Of a stretch of 64,000 bases of DNA, positions 27,310 through 36,146 are shown one piece after another. How positions within the stretch are numbered: position 1 is the first letter of the stretch; each line of letters opens with the position of its first letter. The notes under the pieces were generated by a model. That model saw only the letters and a program-made list of their open reading frames with translations, did not search any database and was not told where the DNA came from. The translations under genes were made by a program, and so were the position numbers. The stretch comes from a virus (Duplodnaviria; Caudoviricetes). The stretch covers positions 12,384-76,383 of IMG/VR virus record IMGVR_UViG_3300012665_000962; one strand, given 5' to 3'.

Positions 27310-28875
27310 TTATAGCCTGCCCACTACCACTTCTATAACACCGTCACTGCCGTTAAAGTCTTCTAAAGACTTTCCAATAATTGTACCAATTTTAGGGTCT
27401 TGTGTTGGTCTTGCGTAGCCGTTGCCGCCGCTGACTAACATGTCTCCCTTTTTAATATTTCCACGAACTTTACAAGGAACACGACCTTGAAGTGCTATGG
27501 CAACAACATTATTTCCAATCAATTTACTATTCATTAAATGTGCTGGGCTAGTAGATACTACTCCGGCTACTCGTCGTGTTTCGTCTGTGGCTTCAGTTAC
27601 TTCATATTTGCCACCAAATTCTAACACAGTCCCAGGGGCATAGTTAAAATCTGCTTGATAATTTTCTGCCAAGTCCGCCCATTGTGCTGCTGTAGCGGTT
27701 ACAGTTAACACATTTGTAGCAGTGTTTAATGTAACAGCAGTGTCGGCATATAAAGATTGGCCTGACACTGAATCAACTCCGGTCGATACTACTAACGGAA
27801 ATATTCCTGTTGTAATTTCTTGAACAAGTACGGATGTTGCTGTGCCGCCGCCACTACCTCCACTGCCGCCAGTAGATGAAAATGTGATAGTATCAGCAGC
27901 AGCATTGGTAGATATTGTCATTCCGCTGCCGGCCACTAATGTTAATGTATCAGAGGGGGTGTCAGCAACTACGTTTGATTGGCCAAGAACAGCTACAGTT
28001 GTGAATGAATTCGATGTTGGTGTACTGCCACCGCCACCACTAGACCCGCTACCAGTTCCACTGCCTGTATTTGTAATTACTATCGAATCAGTTAGTGGAT
28101 CAGTGGCTATGCTAATGCCAGTTCCTGCCACTAATGTAACTGTGTCGTTTGGTGTTTCGGCAACAACGTTGCTCTCTCCAGCTACTGCTAGTCTAGAAAA
28201 GAAATTTATTGCTGAGCCACCAATAGTAGAACCAGCCGGTAATTCAATAGCGTTTGTTCCAGTGCTAGATATAACAGCACCGTTTAACACTATAGAATTT
28301 TGTAGATACAAGTCATTCCAATTATTTGCTAAAGACCCTAAATTTACAGATCCAGCAGTTGAAGGAACAATGTCTTGTGTAACTGATCCTAAATCTACAC
28401 TCGATCCGCCACCGCCACCAGTTCCTGGCGTTGAAGGCACTGTCGAAGGAACTAAAAATGTTGGAGTAGCTGGCCGTTCAATTTCGTTTAATACGCCTGA
28501 ATAGTTTGCTTTATAAATTGCTTTCATTCCACGATATTCTGGAATTTTAGGAGATAGTTTTAAACTAAGATAACTGTTGTTAACACTAACTGAAATATCA
28601 ACAAGCTCGTCGTCAATAGCAACTCGGCCAATAATAGAATAGTTTGCGTAATCTGGTCTAGCTACTACTAATACTTGTAAAGTTTCTTTTTTATTTGAAT
28701 TAAACTCGATAGAGAGTTGATAGCTCGCACTGGCAAAATCACCGACATACCATCTGTCAATTTCAGTATCATCGAAAATCTGTATCCACGGACCTTTGTG
28801 AAGAAAATTAACCCCATTTTTTACTTGTAGGGTGTTTTTTACATTAGGTACAAAATACTTGTTAAAGGTTGTCAT
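27310..28875 (-). CDS. Fibre/spike-like protein with C-terminal intramolecular-chaperone (peptidase G2-like) domain
   Basis: WADLAENY...PGTVL..GG..EVT...VVST.PA.LMN...ALQGRVPCKV.G.I.KGD.LV..GYA...IIGKSLE; two about 47-aa internal repeats separated by Gly/Ser linkers. Confidence 0.7.
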   Translation of the reverse strand: MTTFNKYFVPNVKNTLQVKNGVNFLHKGPWIQIFDDTEIDRWYVGDFASASYQLSIEFNSNKKETLQVLVVARPDYANYSIIGRVAIDDELVDISVSVNNSYLSLKLSPKIPEYRGMKAIYKANYSGVLNEIERPATPTFLVPSTVPSTPGTGGGGGSSVDLGSVTQDIVPSTAGSVNLGSLANNWNDLYLQNSIVLNGAVISSTGTNAIELPAGSTIGGSAINFFSRLAVAGESNVVAETPNDTVTLVAGTGISIATDPLTDSIVITNTGSGTGSGSSGGGGSTPTSNSFTTVAVLGQSNVVADTPSDTLTLVAGSGMTISTNAAADTITFSSTGGSGGSGGGTATSVLVQEITTGIFPLVVSTGVDSVSGQSLYADTAVTLNTATNVLTVTATAAQWADLAENYQADFNYAPGTVLEFGGKYEVTEATDETRRVAGVVSTSPAHLMNSKLIGNNVVAIALQGRVPCKVRGNIKKGDMLVSGGNGYARPTQDPKIGTIIGKSLEDFNGSDGVIEVVVGRL

Positions 28876-28920
28876 AGCTCGCTCGAAGTTATTATGTATT
28901 TAACAGATTTTGAATATAAT

Positions 28921-28947
28921 AAAAAACCCCCTTGCGGGGGTGTTTTT
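28921..28947 (-). terminator. Rho-independent terminator with GCAA tetraloop
   Basis: Minus strand CCCCC-GCAA-GGGGG-TTTTTT immediately after the carbamoyltransferase stop. Confidence 0.85.
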
Positions 28948-30775
28948 AGCTGTTTTCTATTTTTATTAGCTTGCCATATTCGGGCAAATACAAATATTCA
29001 ATATCACTGCGCATGAGCGTATCTATAGCATCGTCTAGAGTTTCGACTAACGGGTCGCCGCCCAAATTAAAGCTGGTATTAAACAAAATAGGAATTCCTG
29101 TTTCATCTTTAAACGCTTTAATTAAATCATAATAGTGTTTATTTTGCTCAGGGTTAACTGTTTGGATACGACAAGTATGATCTTCGTGAATAATACTTGG
29201 AATTTTTTCTTCAATTCCGGGCTGACAATTTACAGCATACATCATGTGTGGGCTATTTTTCATACCACGCAAATCAAACCACTCGTGTACATCCTCTTCT
29301 AAAATACTGCCCGCAAACGGACGGAAGTATTCGCGATGTTTTACTTGATTTACATAATCTTTTCCATCTGGAAATGTAGGATCAAACAGCACACTACGAT
29401 TGCCCAATGCTCTTGGACCGTTTTCTGAACGCCCCTGGAATATTGTAACAATATTCTTTTCACGTAAGAGCTTAACAACATCTTTGTGTGTGGCATCAGT
29501 CAGCTGGCCGCTGGCAAATTTAACTTTTTCTTCAATTTCAGTTTGCGTGTACGTATGAACTGGGCCAAGATATAATGTATCAAGTTTTTGGATTGTGTTG
29601 TTATCATCTAGAGCATGCCAGAACATCAATGCTGCTCCCATGGCTGTACCAGCATCGTTTGAAATTGGTTCTACATAAATTTCAATGCCTTCTTTTTTAA
29701 GATGTTCCAAATAATAATAATTGGCTACACAATTTAAACCATACCCGCCGCTGATTACTACACGCTTTTTGCCGCTCATTTCAACAGCTTTTCGAATCAA
29801 GGTTAACACCTGTTCTTGTGTTTCAGTCTGTACAGCATAGGCCATGTCTCTACGATTTTGTAAAGTAGTAACATCAGTTTTTTCATCTTCTGGATTTTCA
29901 TTTAAAAAATCAAAAAGATTTGCGTTAACTGTTGAACTTGACGGATACATCGGAACAATCAAGTTTCTGTTTGACACAGGAAACTTTGAGTTAGATTCAA
30001 ATAACTTAGGTATCTTGTCGTTGGGCTTACCGTATGGGAATAATCCCATAGTTTTTCCTGCTTCGATTGCTGTGAACCCGCAATACTCAGTAACACCTTC
30101 GTAGGTTTTAACAATGCCAGCTCTGTCAGTAACCCATGCTTGGTGAAATTCTCCAGCTTCGCCAAATTGCTCAGACGAAAGTTTGTCATAATATTGCGCT
30201 GGAATTCCTTCGCGGACTCCGTAATGTTTATACAAAGTAGTAAACTGCGAAGGATACGAACAATTAATAATCGACTCTACTTCATAACTCCATATTTGTT
30301 GATTGTCATAGGACAATGGAATAAATGTTCCAGCGCCGTCAACAATCAACGCAACCGCTTCTTCCCATCCTGAACGATAAAATGCGCAGGCAGCGTGTAG
30401 TTTGTGATGTAAGAAACTAAGATCAATAACCTGCGGGTGATTATACAAATTAGCTTTACGATCAATCAAACCCATTTTACGAGCAAGGCCTGTATATACA
30501 TCGTCACCGGTATAGTCAACTCGACCGGCAGTATCGTTTAATTTTTGTGTATGAGCAATTACTAGATAATCTAATTTATTAGTATACTCTAAAATTTTCA
30601 TTATAGAAGCATAGGGACCACCGTCGTACTTGTGACGTGTTAGTCTTTCTTCTTCTATAGAAAATACAATTTCTCCGTCTTTTAATAAACACACCCCAGA
30701 ATTGTGGCCACGTGCTATGGCTGCTATCCAGCCTGTTTTTAATTTAGGAGTTAAGTCTTGTTGTTCACTATTCAT
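28946..30775 (-). CDS. O-carbamoyltransferase (NodU/CmcH/TobZ family)
   Basis: GHNS..CL..DG.....EEER..R.K, HH..HAA.AF, GKTMGL.PYG, SGGYGLNC, NDAGTAMGAA, GPRALGNRS, KHRE.FRPFA, NTSFN..G.P.V. Confidence 0.93.
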   Translation of the reverse strand: MNSEQQDLTPKLKTGWIAAIARGHNSGVCLLKDGEIVFSIEEERLTRHKYDGGPYASIMKILEYTNKLDYLVIAHTQKLNDTAGRVDYTGDDVYTGLARKMGLIDRKANLYNHPQVIDLSFLHHKLHAACAFYRSGWEEAVALIVDGAGTFIPLSYDNQQIWSYEVESIINCSYPSQFTTLYKHYGVREGIPAQYYDKLSSEQFGEAGEFHQAWVTDRAGIVKTYEGVTEYCGFTAIEAGKTMGLFPYGKPNDKIPKLFESNSKFPVSNRNLIVPMYPSSSTVNANLFDFLNENPEDEKTDVTTLQNRRDMAYAVQTETQEQVLTLIRKAVEMSGKKRVVISGGYGLNCVANYYYLEHLKKEGIEIYVEPISNDAGTAMGAALMFWHALDDNNTIQKLDTLYLGPVHTYTQTEIEEKVKFASGQLTDATHKDVVKLLREKNIVTIFQGRSENGPRALGNRSVLFDPTFPDGKDYVNQVKHREYFRPFAGSILEEDVHEWFDLRGMKNSPHMMYAVNCQPGIEEKIPSIIHEDHTCRIQTVNPEQNKHYYDLIKAFKDETGIPILFNTSFNLGGDPLVETLDDAIDTLMRSDIEYLYLPEYGKLIKIENS

Positions 30776-31716
30776 TTTTTATGTTTTCCTATAACGGCGT
30801 CGACTACATAGTCGACAATTTCGGGAGTCATTGTCATAAGACTTTCGTGTTTTCTATCAATGCGTTCGTCCATGGTAATTCTAATAGGACTGTATTCTCG
30901 TAATTCTTCGCCCATGTCTAAAATATTAAAGGTTTTAGCATTTGGATAAGAAACGTTTATTGGGTATGTAGACCCAAATACAACCGTAGACTGCTTGTCC
31001 ATGGCATAGGCAAGATGCTGCCCTAAGCTGTCGCAGCCTAAAAAATGATCAGCGTATTTTATTACAGCAGCCCATTGTCTAATTCCTACATTTTCTGGGA
31101 AAGCAATTTCGTCTTTGATATTTTTTTCTTGGGTTAAATCAAGTTTTATTTCGCTCATCATTATCACAGCAAAACCTTTTTCTTGAAGTTTTTGAATTAT
31201 TTTTTTAACATCTTTATATTCAATACTTCTAGAAGTTCTATCTACAAAAGATTCGTCGAGATATTCAATGCCGCGGCCAAATGGCTGAAACACTATTACT
31301 TTTTCTTTTTTTAGTTTCTTTTTAACTTCGCTGATTAACTGACGGCCAGCAATTAATTCATCTTTGCTTAGGCGTAATGTAGGCTTTGGCAGTTCTCTAA
31401 CACCTTGTTTATTGATTTCAATATCAATTGCTTGAGCAATACTACATTTTTGATTGTAATATTCCCAAACACGATAAGGTTCTATGGTGTAGATATCTTT
31501 GTCTTTGAGTTTTTCTACAAAAAGATTTTTGTGCCAAACATCATATGTCCTAGAATCTAAGGTCGGATGACCTTTGAATACATCCGTGCCGCCTTCGCAG
31601 ACTATGATAAAATCTTTATCACCGGATTCTTGTTCATATTTTTCAAATGCGGGTACTGAACATAACATACGGCCCGCACCGCCGTTGATAAAAAATGCTT
31701 TAGAGCGTTTCTCCAT
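30772..31716 (-). CDS. GT-B glycosyltransferase-like protein (GT9 heptosyltransferase-like)
   Basis: N-terminal GGAGRMLC..PA and C-terminal HFLGCDSLGQHLAYA resemble GT9 motifs (GxxGD..l..P; iG.DSG..HlA.A). Confidence 0.55.
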   Translation of the reverse strand: MEKRSKAFFINGGAGRMLCSVPAFEKYEQESGDKDFIIVCEGGTDVFKGHPTLDSRTYDVWHKNLFVEKLKDKDIYTIEPYRVWEYYNQKCSIAQAIDIEINKQGVRELPKPTLRLSKDELIAGRQLISEVKKKLKKEKVIVFQPFGRGIEYLDESFVDRTSRSIEYKDVKKIIQKLQEKGFAVIMMSEIKLDLTQEKNIKDEIAFPENVGIRQWAAVIKYADHFLGCDSLGQHLAYAMDKQSTVVFGSTYPINVSYPNAKTFNILDMGEELREYSPIRITMDERIDRKHESLMTMTPEIVDYVVDAVIGKHKK

Positions 31717-31723
31717 TTATACT

Positions 31724-31790
31724 CCAAGAAAATAGGTTCTGTGTTACTATGTATCAAACAATAATAACACAGAACCTAATCTTGGTTCAA
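31724..31790 (-). promoter_or_regulatory. Sigma70 (extended -10) promoter inside a long hairpin covering the SD of the GT gene
   Basis: TTGAAC (31790-31785), 18 nt, TG-n-TATTAT (31766-31761); perfect 14-bp inverted repeat 31733-31746 / 31765-31778 extended by CCAAGA/TCTTGG into the GGAG SD. Confidence 0.72.
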
Positions 31791-31796
31791 GTATTT

Positions 31797-32441
31797 TTAA
31801 TAATAATTTGGCAAATCGCTTGGGAAAGGAATTTTCCAGTGATCAACATCTGCGTATGTTGTTTCAATATTTTTTAAAAAATCCAAATGATCTTCTAATT
31901 TTTGAACATCTTCTTCTGTGTAAAGATTTTCAACTTTATTTGCGATAGCATTTTCGATAGCAGGTATTACATTTTGCATACTAGCAAAAAAACTTGTTCT
32001 AGAGTTAGCGTGTTCACGGAATCTTGGGCCTACATAATTTCCGTCTATGTACTTTAGATCATTGACCCAACGGCACTGTCCTAACGCACCTTGCTTTTCA
32101 TCATAGTGATATGTATATGTACCGCCAGGAACTTCTTCTTCGTAGTCCGGAATTACCTGAGCATACTGATAATCGTTAGTCAAATATGCTGCTTGATATG
32201 TGTGTACATCGGCATCTAACTTAACAAAAGTAGTAGCTGGATCATCGTCAACTAACGCTTCAAAATTTAATTCTGCTTCAGTATCAGCACGTTTAGCAAC
32301 GTATTTGATCTCGCCGGTAGCATCAATTACGCACAGGGCAAGATATCTTGGACCAGTATAAACAGCAGTCACTGTGTTATTGTTAACAGTGGTAGTTTTA
32401 TATGGTTCATCTGGTAATAAAAAAGTAAATGCTTTTCTCAT
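31797..32441 (-). CDS. Hypothetical protein linked to the Cys-rich triplet (possible assembly chaperone)
   Basis: 214 aa, acidic, helical C-terminus ending WKIPFP; GATAAATA and AGAGGA upstream. The chaperone role is inferred from position only. Confidence 0.65.
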   Translation of the reverse strand: MRKAFTFLLPDEPYKTTTVNNNTVTAVYTGPRYLALCVIDATGEIKYVAKRADTEAELNFEALVDDDPATTFVKLDADVHTYQAAYLTNDYQYAQVIPDYEEEVPGGTYTYHYDEKQGALGQCRWVNDLKYIDGNYVGPRFREHANSRTSFFASMQNVIPAIENAIANKVENLYTEEDVQKLEDHLDFLKNIETTYADVDHWKIPFPSDLPNYY

Positions 32442-32463
32442 AATTATCCTCTAAATCTATTTA

Positions 32464-33426
32464 TCAAAAGAATTTAATGCGTACAGCGCCGTGACCGCCA
32501 CGGCCTGCGTGATCTCTATGATCTGGACACGGTCTTGGTGCCCATCCGCCCATGCCTGGTGGAATGTAAGGTGTACAACCCTGCATTTCATAACAGCCGC
32601 ATGAACGATCTGAACGCCAGCAATAGCTATGTGGCATTCCAACTACTGGACTACGGCTTAGTGATGCTACTGCGTTCATAGACTGCATTTTGCCCTGTCC
32701 GTTCATACCGTTAGTATGTCTATTATCATCTTCTGTTTGGTAAGCTGCTGCTCCACCGCAACAACTATAAAAGTTTGCGGGACTAGCTAGGTGGTAAGCA
32801 AAACAACAGGTACATGTTGGCTGACATCCGTTAAATGAAGTACAAGAAAATTGACCGCAACAGTTAACATCACCGCCGTAACCACAGGCAATCCAAATAC
32901 CACTGAAGTAATTACAGATCAAACCGCAGTTATCATTGTATGGTCCGCGAGCACAATATCCGTTAGCAGCAAAACAACAGTACAATGATGTGCCAGTTGA
33001 GCAGAATGAACGACCACCTGCTCCGCCCTGAGAACACATACATCCGTTGGCACTAGCAGCACCTTGCCAGCATAAGCCTGATGGGTCTGAGCAACCACGG
33101 AAACAAATAGCATCTGCGTTACCGCAGCTAAGTCCTATAGTGCCGCAGACTGTTTTTCCTGCGCAAACCTGAATAGTACGTTTTGAGTATGCCCCGGCGT
33201 TACCAGGAAGTCCACCTCCACAGCAACACATACGGCCGCCGCTACCACCAGCACCCCACATTTCAATTACGGCTGTACCAGTTCCTGGTGCCACCCAGCA
33301 AAACCCGTTATGTAACGGAGTGTAAAATGTACCGGGAGTATATACCCAAATGCGACCTTTTTCAATATTTTCTTCTTGTCGAGCTATTGATCTTGATCTA
33401 ACTAGTAATTGTAACGACGTTGGCAT
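32464..33426 (-). CDS. Cys/Gly-rich protein, paralog 3
   Basis: 33 Cys counted in 320 aa; IEMWGAGGSGGRMCCC...GRGGHGAVRIKF glycine-rich framework. Confidence 0.8.
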   Translation of the reverse strand: MPTSLQLLVRSRSIARQEENIEKGRIWVYTPGTFYTPLHNGFCWVAPGTGTAVIEMWGAGGSGGRMCCCGGGLPGNAGAYSKRTIQVCAGKTVCGTIGLSCGNADAICFRGCSDPSGLCWQGAASANGCMCSQGGAGGRSFCSTGTSLYCCFAANGYCARGPYNDNCGLICNYFSGIWIACGYGGDVNCCGQFSCTSFNGCQPTCTCCFAYHLASPANFYSCCGGAAAYQTEDDNRHTNGMNGQGKMQSMNAVASLSRSPVVGMPHSYCWRSDRSCGCYEMQGCTPYIPPGMGGWAPRPCPDHRDHAGRGGHGAVRIKFF

Positions 33427-33439
33427 CTGTATTCTCTCT

Positions 33440-34438
33440 TTATTCTAAAAAGTTGTTTAATGTTCCAGCTGCGACAAATCGAATACGCACAGCACCATGG
33501 CCCCCACGACCCCCGTGGTCACGAACATCTGGACAGCCTTTGCCTGGTCTTCCAGGAAACCCGGGCGGCACAAATACTATACAGCCTTGGCCGTCATAGC
33601 AACCACAAGATCGTCCACCGGTCCAGCAGTTATGTCCCATATAACCATGAGACGGGCTTTTTCCAGCAACGCCTAAACCAACTAAAAATCCATTTAACCC
33701 AGTTCCTGACCAGTTTTCAGCACCGTTGTCAGCGTCGGTGGTGTAGGTAATAACTCCGCCATCGGCAGCATATCGACCTGCTGGTATAGCATGATGATAT
33801 TGGAACAAACAAGGACATGTTGGTAAACATCCAAAAAAGCTCACGCAACTAAATCCACCAAAGCAATTGATGTCACCGCCATACGCTTGAGCACAGCAAG
33901 TACCTGTGCCTGGACCATAATTACATATAATACCACAGCCAGCGCCGCCAATTTGTGTACCACAGAAGCTACCGTTAAGAAAACAACAGTACAACGGGGT
34001 ACCAGTAGAGCAATAACTGGTGCCACCACGGCCACCTTGAGCGCACATACAGCCGTTGGTTGTTGAACTAAACCAGCAGACCTGCGTAGATTCGGAACAG
34101 CCACGGAAGCAAAGGTCGTTGGCGTTGCCGCAGCTAAATCCCACATCACCACAGATTTTACAACCTGTAGCAGTTAAAAATGATCTTTTAGAATACGCAC
34201 CTGGATTACCAGGAAGGCCAGCTCCACAACAGCACATTTTAGCACCACTTCCGCCTGCTCCCCAAAGTTCTAATGTCACGCAACCTGCGCTAGGAGCAGT
34301 CCAGCAAAATCCTGTACAGTGTTTTGTTCTTACATTACCGTGTGTAAACGCCCAAATTCTACCCTGTTCAAGATTTTCTTCTTCGTCAGCAATAAAGTTT
34401 AATTTTGTTCTTGTTAGTGATCTAAACGACGTTGGCAT
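33440..34438 (-). CDS. Cys/Gly-rich protein, paralog 2
   Basis: 32 Cys counted in 332 aa; LELWGAGGSGAKMCCC...GRGGHGAVRIRF. Confidence 0.8.
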   Translation of the reverse strand: MPTSFRSLTRTKLNFIADEEENLEQGRIWAFTHGNVRTKHCTGFCWTAPSAGCVTLELWGAGGSGAKMCCCGAGLPGNPGAYSKRSFLTATGCKICGDVGFSCGNANDLCFRGCSESTQVCWFSSTTNGCMCAQGGRGGTSYCSTGTPLYCCFLNGSFCGTQIGGAGCGIICNYGPGTGTCCAQAYGGDINCFGGFSCVSFFGCLPTCPCLFQYHHAIPAGRYAADGGVITYTTDADNGAENWSGTGLNGFLVGLGVAGKSPSHGYMGHNCWTGGRSCGCYDGQGCIVFVPPGFPGRPGKGCPDVRDHGGRGGHGAVRIRFVAAGTLNNFLE

Positions 34439-34439
34439 A

Positions 34440-35414
34440 TTAAATTCCTTCGATAAACTTAATTCTTATTGCGCCGTGACCACCGCGGTTACCGTTGTCT
34501 CTAACGCCTGGACATGGATGAACAGCCATTCCTGGATGTCCTGGAGGTACGTTTGTTGAACAACCTTGGTTTTCATAACAGCCGCAACCTACACCAGCAC
34601 CCCAACAGTATGCCCATGGCACACCGCCATTGGGTTTTTTAGATAATCCATTCAGTCCTGCTTGATGTTGATGCGGTCCTTGACCTGACCAGTTTGAAAA
34701 TTCATTACCGTCTTCAACACCAAATTGAACAACACCTCCGCATTTGGCAAATTGCCCTGCTGGCGTTGCCATAAAGTATTGGAATGAGCAAGGACACTGT
34801 GGTGAGCAGCCAACAAACAATGAACATGAAAAATGTCCGCAGCGATTAACATCGCCACCGTAGGCACAGGCAATCCAAATGCCACCAAAATAATTACAGA
34901 TCAATCCGCAGTTGTCGTTGTATGGTCCAGAGAAACAGTGACTTTGGTTCACAAAGCAACAGAATAATGATGTACCGGTAGAGCACATGCTTCTACCACC
35001 AGCGCCGCCTTGAGCGCACATACATCCGCTGGCACCGCAATTACCGTACCAATATAACCCTGTTGGATCAGAACAACCACGGAAACACATAGCATCGTTT
35101 CCACAGCTATAACCTACCGAGCCACAGATAAAGCAACCGGCTTCCATTTTAATTGTTTTTTTAGAGTATGCTCCAGCATTGCCAGGAGTTCCACCGCCAC
35201 AACAGCACATGCGACCAGTACTACCGCCAGCACCCCAAATTTCAATCACAGCAGTACCGCGGGATGGGGCAACCCAGCACATACTAAACTGTGAAAAATC
35301 GTTGCCCGGAGTATAGCTCCATACTCGACCTCTTTCTAAATTTTGTTCATCACCGTCAGTGGTGTAGAAACTATTTGTTTTGGTCCCTATCAGGCTTTTA
35401 AATGATACAGGCAT
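34440..35414 (-). CDS. Cys/Gly-rich protein, paralog 1
   Basis: 30 Cys counted in 324 aa; IEIWGAGGSTGRMCCC...NRGGHGAIRIKF. Confidence 0.8.
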   Translation of the reverse strand: MPVSFKSLIGTKTNSFYTTDGDEQNLERGRVWSYTPGNDFSQFSMCWVAPSRGTAVIEIWGAGGSTGRMCCCGGGTPGNAGAYSKKTIKMEAGCFICGSVGYSCGNDAMCFRGCSDPTGLYWYGNCGASGCMCAQGGAGGRSMCSTGTSLFCCFVNQSHCFSGPYNDNCGLICNYFGGIWIACAYGGDVNRCGHFSCSLFVGCSPQCPCSFQYFMATPAGQFAKCGGVVQFGVEDGNEFSNWSGQGPHQHQAGLNGLSKKPNGGVPWAYCWGAGVGCGCYENQGCSTNVPPGHPGMAVHPCPGVRDNGNRGGHGAIRIKFIEGI

Positions 35415-35456
35415 AGTTTTCTCGCTTCCTATTTGTTGTAAACATTAGTTTCATCA

Positions 35457-35789
35457 TTAAGCCGATGATACAATCCATCCGTAACTTGAACCTGTATATG
35501 TTAAAGTAATAATAGATCCGTTAATGTCAATTGTTAGATCGTCAGCTACGTTTTGTATTTTTGCTCCGTTTCGAGCAACAGTAATATTATTGGTCGACGA
35601 AACACCGCCAATGTCAATAATTTGAATTGTGTCATTCAAAAATAACGTCGATGACGACGGCAGCGTAATTGTAAACGCAGCGCCTGCCGAATTTGCTAAA
35701 ATTCGATCATTAACTGAAGCATTAAAAGCACTGCTAACTTCACGTATGGTAGTGCCTGCTGTGCCAGTTGTTGTAATATATCTTCCCAT
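35457..35789 (-). CDS. Small fibre connector-type beta-sandwich protein
   Basis: FTITLP......D.I.I.D.GG....NNITVARNG.KI....DDL.ID......L.Y.G..YGW motif seen in T4-like fibre/baseplate proteins. Confidence 0.65.
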   Translation of the reverse strand: MGRYITTTGTAGTTIREVSSAFNASVNDRILANSAGAAFTITLPSSSTLFLNDTIQIIDIGGVSSTNNITVARNGAKIQNVADDLTIDINGSIITLTYTGSSYGWIVSSA

Positions 35790-35814
35790 TTATGTCCCCT
35801 ATGGAATATTTATT

Positions 35815-36135
35815 TTAAATCGTAGATGTTTCAAGTCCGAACGCCACTGCGCTAATGTTGGCTTGGTTACTATAAACCACCAAAATTTTGCCTGCGTCCA
35901 TGACAATACCAGTTCTTTCAAGCACACCTTTACCTAAAAGTTCTGTGTCAAATTCTATCCATTCAGCATTTGTTGGCGTAGCAGCATTTGCCACTGCCAT
36001 ACGTATGTTACATGCTTGGTTAGCCCTGTTACATAGCGATACTGAAATAACCGCAAATGTATCTGAGGGGCAAGTGTATAGCGACGTGTTTGTCGCTGCT
36101 GAAAGGTCTGCTGCTCCTAATCTTCCTGTTGCCAT
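35815..36135 (-). CDS. Small virion protein of the LYT.P...CN family
   Basis: 106 aa, SLYTCPS...VISVSLCNR; similar to 48987..49316 and 60765..61127. Confidence 0.7.
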   Translation of the reverse strand: MATGRLGAADLSAATNTSLYTCPSDTFAVISVSLCNRANQACNIRMAVANAATPTNAEWIEFDTELLGKGVLERTGIVMDAGKILVVYSNQANISAVAFGLETSTI

Positions 36136-36146
36136 TTAAATCTCCA

